The notes under the pieces are model-generated. The model saw only the letters and a list, made by a program, of their open reading frames with translations. It was not told the DNA's origin and did not search any database. A DNA stretch of 64,000 nt, from contig DASRMS010000183.1 in assembly GCA_035647835.1 (NCBI GenBank), forward strand, positions 10,100 to 74,099. Reading direction: 5' to 3'. Positions 56,139 through 64,000 of the stretch are shown here, one piece after another. Made by a program: the position numbers and the translations under genes. How positions within the stretch are numbered: the first letter of the stretch is position 1; each line of letters opens with the position of its first letter. This stretch comes from Oscillospiraceae bacterium. GTDB taxonomy: Bacteria; Bacillota; Dethiobacteria; Dethiobacterales; Dethiobacteraceae.

Positions 56139-57512
56139 TTAACTAACAGAAATCCTGCTATTTTTACCATTTTCCCCTGATAAATTTTGCGACAACTGAC
56201 CTTCCAGCCAGTCAATAAATTGTCGTGCTGTGCGTGGTGAACGGCCATTCTGCCACCTTTCCCAGCGCAGGGCCTCACTGCGTAAGTGTGAGGTCTCAAC
56301 CTGCAGCTGCCGCTGCTGTGCCAAGCCTTCCACGATCTCCAAATACTTACGCTGATCCGGCGACAAAAAGGTGATAGTAATCCCGAAGCGATCAGCCAGG
56401 GAAAGTTTTTCCTGCATAGTATCAGCTGCCCGTACTTGATCATGGAGATCATCCGACTGCAGCCCTGCCCGCTCACTAAACTTTTCTTTAATTAAATGAC
56501 GTCGGTTAGAAGTAGCATAAATAACCACATTTTGCGGTCTGCTCTCCAAACCGCCTTCCAAAACGGCTTTAAGTGCCGTATAACGTTCTTCATTATCAGC
56601 AAAAGCTAAATCATCAACAAAAATGATAAACTTCTGTTTTCTGCCTTTAACTTCCCGCAAGACTAAGGGTAAATCCGCCAGCCTTGTCTGCGGTAGTTCT
56701 ATCATCCGTAAACCCTGCTCACCATACTCATTAAGGAGTGCTTTGACGGTCGAGGACTTACCCGTGCCCCGATCACCATAAAGGAGAAGGTTATTAGCTG
56801 GATAACCCCGCAGTAGCATTAATGTATTGTCTATCACCTGCTGACGTTCTGTTTGATAACCTATGAGTTCAGCAAAGGAGATCGGGTCAACTGCAGTGAT
56901 CCCTTGCAAACAATTGCTTTCCCAGCGAAAACCAATATAGCGGGCAAAGTCACCGGAACCATGCTGCTGATAAAAAACCGTTAAATCAGGCAGACAATCA
57001 ACCCACTGGTCAGCTGTTTGGAACTTCTGCATCAATTCTTGGGCAGCGCTGTGCCTGCTCACAGCCGGACTGCTAGTGTCCCATTCCGGCAGCTCCTGTA
57101 AAGCAGTAGTCAGGTAGCTTGAGTTTGATGTCCGCTCTAAAGCTGCTGCCTTCAGCCCGCTGGCTGTCAGGGCCGCAATTTCCTCCAGCCTGCTCACATC
57201 ATGACGCATCGCCTCTACTATCCGGGGGGTGAGCTCATCGTAAGCCTGGTGCTCACACCTTTGAGAAAAAACTGTATCGCAAAAAAGTAGTTTTTCCAAG
57301 ATATATTCCTTTAAGGATGGCACTTTATTTGCTTGCAGCAGCGTGTAATAAAAATCGGCATAATTATTTAGCCAAACATAACCATCAAAAGAAGTAGTCC
57401 TTAAACTTTGTAACAAACGCTGATATTTAGCAATCACCGGATCAGTAAGATAGCCGCGCAGGACGGTTAACGAATCCAAAGCAATCCGAGCCCTAATGAT
57501 ATTATTCCCCAT
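56139..57512 (-). CDS. DUF815-type AAA/P-loop ATPase
   Basis: Walker A LLYGDRGTGKSS, Walker B FIIFVDDL, and a long N-terminal non-ATPase region. Confidence 0.65.
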   Translation of the reverse strand: MGNNIIRARIALDSLTVLRGYLTDPVIAKYQRLLQSLRTTSFDGYVWLNNYADFYYTLLQANKVPSLKEYILEKLLFCDTVFSQRCEHQAYDELTPRIVEAMRHDVSRLEEIAALTASGLKAAALERTSNSSYLTTALQELPEWDTSSPAVSRHSAAQELMQKFQTADQWVDCLPDLTVFYQQHGSGDFARYIGFRWESNCLQGITAVDPISFAELIGYQTERQQVIDNTLMLLRGYPANNLLLYGDRGTGKSSTVKALLNEYGEQGLRMIELPQTRLADLPLVLREVKGRKQKFIIFVDDLAFADNEERYTALKAVLEGGLESRPQNVVIYATSNRRHLIKEKFSERAGLQSDDLHDQVRAADTMQEKLSLADRFGITITFLSPDQRKYLEIVEGLAQQRQLQVETSHLRSEALRWERWQNGRSPRTARQFIDWLEGQLSQNLSGENGKNSRISVS

Positions 57513-57687
57513 AAGTTTCTCCCCTTAATGCAGAAATTTTACAACGGTCTTTAAGTAATGCCCCTATTATATCATATGTGTGGGAAATAGTAGAAGCAAA
57601 GGAACTTCTCCTCGCCCACCAAGTGCATAATTCATGCCTGACCCCACAATACTAGCCATAGCGATGTAAGAAGGAGGAAATAAAGTT

Positions 57688-59604
57688 ATGTATGAAATGT
57701 TTCTCTCGCCGGGTAAGATTGGCAAACTAACACTAAAAAATCGCGCTATTTTTCCGCCCATGGGTACTGGGTATGTCGAGCATGAAGAACCGAAAGAGCA
57801 ATTAATCGATTATCATGTGCGTCGAGTGCTGGGCGGCTGTGCCATGAATATCGTAGAAATTACTGCGGTGCATGAAACTAGCAAATCACCCACCAATCTT
57901 GCCATTTATGACGATAAGTTTATTCCCGGACTAGCTCGTTTAGCGGCAGCGATTAAAGAAGCTGGCGGCATTGCTTGCCTGCAGTTATGGCACGGCGGCC
58001 GGCAAACTTCAGGTAAACCCTTTGGGGGACAACCAGTAGCCCCTTCTGCCGTGAAGAATGACTTTATTAATGAGGAGCCACGGGCTTTAACGCTAGAAGA
58101 AGTAAAGGAACTAATAAATTGTTATGGTGAAGCAGCACGTAGGGCACAAGAAGCCGGCTATGAAGCCGTAGAAATCCATGGGGCACATGGTTATTTGATC
58201 GACCAGTTCCTGAACCCCTACACCAATAAGCGCGACGATGAATATGGCGGCAGTCTGGAAAACCGAGCGCGCTTTGGTGTAGAGGTCATAAAAGCTGTAC
58301 GTGCCAAAGTAGGGCAAGACTTCCCCGTGCTCTTTCGCTTAAGTGCCCAGGAAAATGTGCCTGGCGGCATTAAGTTAGAAGAAGGCATTGCCGCAGCCAA
58401 GCTCTACGAGCAGGCCGGCCTAGATGCTTTGGATGTCTCCCAAGGCTGCTATGACGCCCTGCCTTACACTGTGCCCCCCTACTTTTTGCCGCAAAAAGTA
58501 AATGCTGCTAATGCGGCGCAGATTAAGCAGCAGACTAAGGTACCGATTATTGTCGCCGGGCGCATTAATCATCCCGAGCTGGCAGAAGAAATATTACAGT
58601 CTGGCATGGCAGATTTCATTTCCTTGGGCCGCCCACAGCTAGCTGACCCCGACTTTGTGAACAAGACGGCCCACGATCACGCTGACGAGATTGTCCGCTG
58701 TATTGCCTGCAATCAAGGTTGTGTCGGCAGACTATTTAAAGGTTTAGGCACCAGCTGTATCTTTAACCCGGCAACCGGCCATGAACGAGAAGTAGTTATT
58801 CAACCGGCCCCAACTAAAAAGAAAGTGCTGATCATCGGTGGCGGACCGGCTGGTTTGGAAGCAGCCAGAGTCGCTCAAGAGCGCGGCCACGATGTTGTCT
58901 TGTTTGAAAAAGATGTCGGCCTGGGCGGACAACTTGTCGTGGCTGGGCGGGCACCACATAAAGAAATCTTTGCAGAGTCTGCTATTCATCTGGGTTATCG
59001 TGCTTTTAAAGCTGGTGCAGATATCCGGACCTATACAGAAGCTACCGAAGAGAGAATTCGCAATGTGCAGCCTGATGTAATCATCATCGCCAGCGGTGCT
59101 GACCCCGCACTGCCCAAAATTCCCGGCGGCGACCAACCCCATGTTTACGAAGCCCGTGCTGTCCTTAATGCCGACCAATTAATTAAAGCAAATCAAGTAG
59201 TTGTCGTCGGTGGCGGTCTGGTAGGGCTGGAAGTAATGGAAGTGCTGCTGGCGCAAGGAAAACATGTCACGGTGATTAATCGCGGCGCTGAAGTGGGTAA
59301 AGAATTGGAGACCTATATTAAGCCCTATGTCTTTGGCATTATTGAACAGGAGCAGGTGCCTATCCTCACCAATTCTTCCTGCGTGGAGATTGGTGATGGT
59401 TTTGTCGTCGTGGAGAAAGATGGCCAACAGGAAAAAGTTAAATGTGAAGCCGTAGTAATGGCGGTTGGGGCAAAAAGTAACACTAAAGTCGTTGAACTGG
59501 TGGCACGCCTCGGTTACGAACATTATGTCGTCGGTGATGCACAGCAACCAAACAGGATTTTAGAAGCAATCTGGGGCGCCAATGAAATAGCTCGCACCAT
59601 CTGA
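57688..59604 (+). CDS. NADH:flavin oxidoreductase (OYE-like) fused to an FAD/NAD(P)-binding domain (2,4-dienoyl-CoA / 2-enoate reductase family)
   Basis: OYE TIM barrel (HGAHGYL), Fe-S motif CIACNQGC, then GGGPAGLEAA and GGGLVGLE dinucleotide motifs. Confidence 0.85.
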   Translation: MYEMFLSPGKIGKLTLKNRAIFPPMGTGYVEHEEPKEQLIDYHVRRVLGGCAMNIVEITAVHETSKSPTNLAIYDDKFIPGLARLAAAIKEAGGIACLQLWHGGRQTSGKPFGGQPVAPSAVKNDFINEEPRALTLEEVKELINCYGEAARRAQEAGYEAVEIHGAHGYLIDQFLNPYTNKRDDEYGGSLENRARFGVEVIKAVRAKVGQDFPVLFRLSAQENVPGGIKLEEGIAAAKLYEQAGLDALDVSQGCYDALPYTVPPYFLPQKVNAANAAQIKQQTKVPIIVAGRINHPELAEEILQSGMADFISLGRPQLADPDFVNKTAHDHADEIVRCIACNQGCVGRLFKGLGTSCIFNPATGHEREVVIQPAPTKKKVLIIGGGPAGLEAARVAQERGHDVVLFEKDVGLGGQLVVAGRAPHKEIFAESAIHLGYRAFKAGADIRTYTEATEERIRNVQPDVIIIASGADPALPKIPGGDQPHVYEARAVLNADQLIKANQVVVVGGGLVGLEVMEVLLAQGKHVTVINRGAEVGKELETYIKPYVFGIIEQEQVPILTNSSCVEIGDGFVVVEKDGQQEKVKCEAVVMAVGAKSNTKVVELVARLGYEHYVVGDAQQPNRILEAIWGANEIARTI

Positions 59605-59642
59605 ACTGCAGTTTTATCTCCCTTGTTATCTAGGTTATCTAT

Positions 59643-59677
59643 AAAAAAAACCCACTCTAAAAAGTGGTTTTTTTTAC
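59643..59677. terminator. bidirectional intrinsic terminator
   Basis: A8-cccact ... agtgg-T8 between convergent genes. Confidence 0.7.
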
Positions 59678-59697
59678 TGCAAACTAAGGCTATTTAT

Positions 59698-60309
59698 TTA
59701 GACTCTCTCCTGCAGATGGCTGGTGTCATTGAGTTTGGCAAGATACCAGCAGTTGTTATAATTATACAAAGTTGTCAGAGAGGCAGTATCGATTTGCAGC
59801 CGCCCAGCTGCTGCGGCTGGCATCTGCATCGCCAGAGTCACCGCTGTGCGGATAACACCGCCGTGAGTAACAATCACGGCCGTCTCTTCTTGCTCCAGTC
59901 TTGCGACCAGCGTTTGCAGGAAATCGTCAACTCGCGCTGCCAGAGCTGCAGCTCCTTCACCAGCAGGAGGAGTATTAGTGACGGGATCATTACACCAAGC
60001 TGCAAACTGCTTTTGCATCGCTTGGTCCATCTCCGCGTAACTAAGCCCTTCCCATTGCCCAAAGGACATTTCGCGCAAATTATCATCTAGCTGCAAAGGC
60101 AGCTCAAAACGGGTCGCCAGGGGAGCAGCAAAAGTTTGTGCTCTTTGCAGGGGCGAGACAAAAATATGTGCAGGTTTCTCTAAAAAAGCAGCCGCCAATT
60201 GTTCCGCCTGCCGGCAGCCCAGCTCACTTAAAGCGACATCACTTAACCCTTGCAGGCGGTACTGGCGATTCCACAGGGTTTCACCATGCCGTACCCAGAT
60301 TAATTTCAC
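59698..60309 (-). CDS. cobC: histidine phosphatase family protein, probable alpha-ribazole phosphatase
   Basis: RHGET motif. It is the last gene of the cobU-cobS block. Confidence 0.7.
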   Translation of the reverse strand: MKLIWVRHGETLWNRQYRLQGLSDVALSELGCRQAEQLAAAFLEKPAHIFVSPLQRAQTFAAPLATRFELPLQLDDNLREMSFGQWEGLSYAEMDQAMQKQFAAWCNDPVTNTPPAGEGAAALAARVDDFLQTLVARLEQEETAVIVTHGGVIRTAVTLAMQMPAAAAGRLQIDTASLTTLYNYNNCWYLAKLNDTSHLQERV

Positions 60310-60352
60310 ACTACCCTCTCCCTTGCCCTAATTTCACCTGCCAACCGCATCA

Positions 60353-61087
60353 TTACAGAAATAGGAGCGGAGCAATGAGCAGCACTGCCAATTCAAACAG
60401 TTCGCAGACGGCACCAAGAATGTCGCCAGTCACACCACCAAAATTAAGTTTAAAAAAGTAACGTAAAATTGCAAAAACAACGATTAGGGCTAAAGTTAAA
60501 GGAAGCATCTGCCAGCCCCAAGCAGCAAAACCAAGTACCAGGCATAGCAATATCGCTAAGAAAAGTTGTGTAGTGCCTAATTCGTCCACAAAGATCTTCC
60601 CAAGACCACCGCTGGGCCGGGCATAGTCACAGGTAGCCATCAAGGCTACCATCACGGTACGACCGACTAGTGGCGCAATAATCAGCAGCCGAGCGTCAGC
60701 TGCCAAAGAGGCCACAGCAAACACCTTTAACAGCATCGAAAGAACTAATACTTGAGCTCCAAAAGCACCGACACGGCTATCCTTCATGACCTCTAATCTT
60801 TTTTCCAGATTGCCGCGTACGCCCAGACCATCAGCTGTATCCATTAGACCGTCTAAGTGCAAGCCGGCACTAATTAGTTCCCAGAGGGTAACAGTGAGCG
60901 TAGCAGCTAAAAGTGTTGACAAAACTGTGTTTGCCCAAAGCCAAAAGCCATAGAGCGTCAAGCCGATCAGCGCGCCCACGATGGGATAATAGGTAGCTGA
61001 ACCGACTAGGTCATCTGTCGTTACTTCGGTATCGCCGCCAAACGGATAAACTGTTAAAAAGCGTAAAGCTACAAAAAAGCGTTTCAT
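60353..61087 (-). CDS. cobS: adenosylcobinamide-GDP ribazoletransferase (cobalamin synthase)
   Basis: MKRFFVALRFLTVYPFG N-terminus and a polytopic membrane profile. The ORF-track alternative start is 61117. Confidence 0.85.
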   Translation of the reverse strand: MKRFFVALRFLTVYPFGGDTEVTTDDLVGSATYYPIVGALIGLTLYGFWLWANTVLSTLLAATLTVTLWELISAGLHLDGLMDTADGLGVRGNLEKRLEVMKDSRVGAFGAQVLVLSMLLKVFAVASLAADARLLIIAPLVGRTVMVALMATCDYARPSGGLGKIFVDELGTTQLFLAILLCLVLGFAAWGWQMLPLTLALIVVFAILRYFFKLNFGGVTGDILGAVCELFELAVLLIAPLLFL

Positions 61088-61170
61088 TACTAGGACCCCT
61101 TTCCACGAAACGGTCAAGACCGTTCCCTACACAGGAACGGCACCGTTAGTACAAGCAGTAATTTTTGAGG

Positions 61171-61755
61171 TTATTCTACGTTTTGGTAGGCTTTTACGCA
61201 AAGGGGATAGCCGGAAACGGCCAACCAAAGTGAATCTGCGGCACGCGCTACCTGTTGATTAGCCCGTCCTGCCATGTCACGGAACACACGGCCCATGTAA
61301 TTATCTGGGACAATACCACTACCTACCTCATTAGTTACGACGACGGTACGAAATGGCTTGTTCAAGGCAGCAGTACAAAAACGAGCTAATTCCGTTTGGA
61401 TCTGTTTTTCGATATCCAGATATTTTTCGTCACTCATGTTTTCTTCATACTGCGCTAATAGCTGGTTAGTCAACCAGATGGTTAAGCAGTCCACAATGAC
61501 GGTAACTGTCCCTGCCGGGACTCTCTCCAAAGCTCCCGCTAAATCCTTTGTTTCCTCTACTGTCGACCAATGTGGCGGGCGTCGTTCTTTGTGCAGAGCT
61601 ACGCGCAGTGCCATTTCTTCATCCAACACGGCGGCGGTAGCAATATATGTTGCAGGCCCGCCTGCTGTATGGGCCAATTGTTCAGCAAGACCGCTTTTCC
61701 CACTCCGGGCACCTCCGGTAATTAGCACCAGCTTACCTAACTTTTCCATATCCAT
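61171..61755 (-). CDS. cobU: adenosylcobinamide kinase / adenosylcobinamide-phosphate guanylyltransferase
   Basis: LITGGARSGKS P-loop, about 190 aa. Confidence 0.9.
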   Translation of the reverse strand: MDMEKLGKLVLITGGARSGKSGLAEQLAHTAGGPATYIATAAVLDEEMALRVALHKERRPPHWSTVEETKDLAGALERVPAGTVTVIVDCLTIWLTNQLLAQYEENMSDEKYLDIEKQIQTELARFCTAALNKPFRTVVVTNEVGSGIVPDNYMGRVFRDMAGRANQQVARAADSLWLAVSGYPLCVKAYQNVE

Positions 61756-61792
61756 GTATAGATTTCCTCCTTAGGGGTGGCTTTCTGTCTCG

Positions 61793-62626
61793 TTACTGCT
61801 TACTCCTGACTGCTGGCAGCAGCTTACGAATAAATGACAAGTCCAGATTTTCGCGTAGTGTTTGCGCAAGCAGCTGATATGACTGCTCCCGCTTTTCCTT
61901 AGTGGCAGCGCTTGCCGCCTCCGCCTGAGGCGGCAGGGCCAGCCCATTTAGATGGGGAATGACACCGATCACTGGCTTGTGAATGATCTCTTCCAGCATC
62001 TCTAATCCCGGCTGCAGCTTGTCTCTAAAACCACGAAAACGATTAACAACTACGGCCTGAATCAGCTGCCGCTGCTCCGGTGGTAAAAGTGCTAGTGTCC
62101 CAGCGACATAAGCAAACATGCCGCCGCGATCAATATCGCTTACCAACAGGACAGGTGCATCAAGTGCTTTAGCTAAACCCATATTGGGCAGCATTAACTC
62201 TGGACGATGTAATTCTACAGGAGTCGCGGCACCTTCAATAATTACCACCTCGTAGTGCGAGCGCAAAACTTGCAGGGCATCCAGCACCAGCGCCAAAGCA
62301 GTATCGCTGACAGCCAAGAGCTCCTGCCTCGTCAGCTCACCCTTAATCACACCTTGCGCTGTCAGCTGGAAAGAATCTTCGCTAAGCGGTGCTAAAAGCA
62401 GTGGGTTCATCTCCACGCTGGGTGTCACACCGGCTGCTTCTGCCTGAAGATACTGCGACCAGCTAATTTGACCTTTGGGCAGGTCGACAGTCTCAGCGCC
62501 GATAGTTTGCGCACAGAAAGGGGCTACGCGCCAACCTTCTTCTGCCAACAGGCGGCACAACGCCGTACAAAGGATACTTTTGCCGGCATCAGCAGATGTT
62601 CCTTGTACCATAATCACAGTGCTCAT
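61793..62626 (-). CDS. CobQ-like protein lacking the glutamine amidotransferase domain
   Basis: MVQGTSADAGKS, PFCAQTI, EGAATPVELH, DIDRGG and NRFRGF align with CobQ N-domain motifs. The tail LRENLDLSFIRKLL resembles the CobQ C-terminal tail. There is no GATase segment. The ATG overlaps the cobQ stop (ATGA). Confidence 0.65.
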   Translation of the reverse strand: MSTVIMVQGTSADAGKSILCTALCRLLAEEGWRVAPFCAQTIGAETVDLPKGQISWSQYLQAEAAGVTPSVEMNPLLLAPLSEDSFQLTAQGVIKGELTRQELLAVSDTALALVLDALQVLRSHYEVVIIEGAATPVELHRPELMLPNMGLAKALDAPVLLVSDIDRGGMFAYVAGTLALLPPEQRQLIQAVVVNRFRGFRDKLQPGLEMLEEIIHKPVIGVIPHLNGLALPPQAEAASAATKEKREQSYQLLAQTLRENLDLSFIRKLLPAVRSKQ

Positions 62627-64000
62627 GCCTGATGCTCTCCTTTCTGCGCTGCCAAACCCAACAGCCGGTACAGCGCCGACAGATCCAAGGAGTTTTCTAC
62701 GGCGTCAGCTAAGGCATCAAACCGCTGTGCTCTGTCTTCTACAGCACTTTCACCGAGCGGCTGCCAGCCGCGACGTTGCCGTAATTTATTTAACCAGGCC
62801 CGCCGAAAACCAGGCCTGTCAAAAACACCATGTAAATATGTTCCCCAGACATTACCCTGGGGAGAAATAGCGCCATCTTCTTTGCCATCCGCTAACACAA
62901 AGGCAGCGGGACAGTGCGCTTGACGTTTAGTTTGCCCCATATGTATTTCATAACCTGTGACAGCAGCTCCCTGGGCAAAAGGCAGCTGCGCTGCAGCAGA
63001 TGCTCTGCCTACTGTTTTTTGTGGTTGAAAAGATGTGGTCACGGGCAGTAAACCTAAACCCGCTAAAGTAGTAGCTTGTCCAGCAAATTCGCTGCCTTCG
63101 GCGTCGCTGAGTTCTTCGCCAAGCATTTGATAGCCGCCACAGATACCAATGACTGGCAGCCCCTGCCTCGCCCGTGCAATTACCGCTTCAGCCAGACCAA
63201 GCTGCTGTAAAAACAATAAATCACGCATACTGTTTTTAGTGCCGGGGATGATGATAGCATCAGCGCCGGCAAGATCTAATCCGTCATAAGTATAGCTTAA
63301 GGAAACATCCTCCTCACTACGCAAGGCATCGAAATCAGTAAAATTGGCAATATGAGGCAGGTGCAGCACACAGATATTTAAACAGCCTTCACCTTTAACC
63401 GTGCTAGAGAGGGTATCGTCAAGAGCTACACCATCTTCTTCCGCCAGATAAGCTTCCTCTAAATATGGCACCACGCCGAAAACAGGCAGACCAGTTTGTG
63501 CTGTAACTTCTTTCAGTGCAGGAGCTAATAAGCTGCTGTCACCGCGAAATTTATTGATAATAAAACCAGCTACCCGCTGGCGATCTTCCTCCGGCAGCAG
63601 CATCACCGTACCTACAGAGGCCGCCCAGGCTCCACCCCGGTCTAAATCACTGACCAAAAGTACCGGTGCCTGCGCCAAGGCTGCTGCTTGCATGTTGGCT
63701 ACATCCTGCTGCCTTAAATTAATTTCAGCTGGACTGCCCGCCCCTTCCAGCACGATAATTTCATACTCTTGGCGGAGGCGATCTAAAGCTTCAGCAATGA
63801 CCTGCAAACTAAACTCGTGGTACTCCTGCTGAGTCCGATGCGTATGTCCCATCATACCATAAACTTGGCCGCGCACAATCACTTGGGCTTCCCCAGGCGC
63901 GCTCGGCTTAATCAAAATAGGATTCATATCCACTGTAGCTTCAATGCCGGCCGCTTCAGCCTGCTCTCCCTGGGCCCGACCAATTTCACCGCCATCACTA
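62623..64000 (-). CDS. cobQ: cobyric acid synthase (5' end lies outside the window)
   Basis: EGAGSPAEINL, DLDRGG, NKFRGD, and a GATase with GICGGYQMLG and HGVF. The frame stays open upstream of the listed M through ...DGGEIGRAQGEQAEAAGIEATV to the window end. Confidence 0.9.
   Translation of the reverse strand, partial: SDGGEIGRAQGEQAEAAGIEATVDMNPILIKPSAPGEAQVIVRGQVYGMMGHTHRTQQEYHEFSLQVIAEALDRLRQEYEIIVLEGAGSPAEINLRQQDVANMQAAALAQAPVLLVSDLDRGGAWAASVGTVMLLPEEDRQRVAGFIINKFRGDSSLLAPALKEVTAQTGLPVFGVVPYLEEAYLAEEDGVALDDTLSSTVKGEGCLNICVLHLPHIANFTDFDALRSEEDVSLSYTYDGLDLAGADAIIIPGTKNSMRDLLFLQQLGLAEAVIARARQGLPVIGICGGYQMLGEELSDAEGSEFAGQATTLAGLGLLPVTTSFQPQKTVGRASAAAQLPFAQGAAVTGYEIHMGQTKRQAHCPAAFVLADGKEDGAISPQGNVWGTYLHGVFDRPGFRRAWLNKLRQRRGWQPLGESAVEDRAQRFDALADAVENSLDLSALYRLLGLAAQKGEHQA

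Noticed and set aside
56129-56476. 115-aa minus-strand ORF
   Set aside because: It is embedded out of frame in the 3' part of the DUF815 ATPase gene.
1-64000. Search for CRISPR arrays, transposases, integrases, toxin-antitoxin pairs, restriction or other phage-defence genes
   Set aside because: I saw no regularly spaced short repeats and no ORF with recognisable transposase, recombinase, nuclease or defence motifs. The only sizeable repeat is the 1.5 kb duplication reported above.

Overview
This window is a chromosomal segment of a spore-forming Firmicute. Markers are spoIVA, spoIIP, a YIEGIA/YphB-like gene, gpsA-plsY-der, cmk and an ispH-rpsA fusion; the exact taxon cannot be told from the sequence. 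It carries about 60 protein genes (mostly minus strand), one tRNA-Pro(GGG), one T-box leader, two complete cobalamin riboswitches and one decayed copy.

Gene content in order:
- 1-639: 5' part of a penicillin-binding protein gene.
- 915-8775: a GPH-type transporter, a 5'-truncated URO-D-like remnant, and a formamidase plus Liv-type (amide/urea-like) ABC importer operon.
- 9849-9925: tRNA-Pro.
- 10157-16774: a five-gene module of OmpR-type regulator, intramembrane-sensing kinase, ABC ATPase, 933-aa tandem FtsX-type permease and an anchored beta-sandwich protein.
- 16935-23745: core genes vanZ, spoIVA, gpsA, plsY, der and a DUF512 gene.
- 23895-26095: T-box-controlled aroF-pheA.
- 28297-42850: a large anaerobic cobalamin (cbi/cob) cluster with a BtuFCD-like importer.
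- 44589-48542: a tightly packed sporulation-associated six-gene operon.
- 48743-59604: fni, ispH-rpsA, plsC, cmk, aroH and several oxidoreductases.
- 59698 to the window end: a second cob block (cobC, cobS, cobU, a cobQ-like gene, and cobQ running off the window).

I found no CRISPR array, transposase, integrase or recognisable phage-defence genes, and no unambiguous wholly new system.

The items most worth follow-up are:
1. A roughly 1.5 kb segmental duplication carrying a B12-riboswitch leader plus an XRE-HTH/8-TM membrane protein gene. One riboswitch copy has decayed and now leads a TsaA-like gene.
2. A cbiX chelatase gene broken by three frame shifts inside an otherwise intact operon.
3. 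A CobQ paralog that lacks the glutaminase domain.
4. The Bce-like but architecturally different regulator/kinase/ABC/anchored-protein module, which has a shared palindrome at two promoter-proximal sites.
5. The spoIIP-YIEGIA-DUF3189 operon.

All family assignments come from reading motifs by eye and need HMM or BLAST confirmation.
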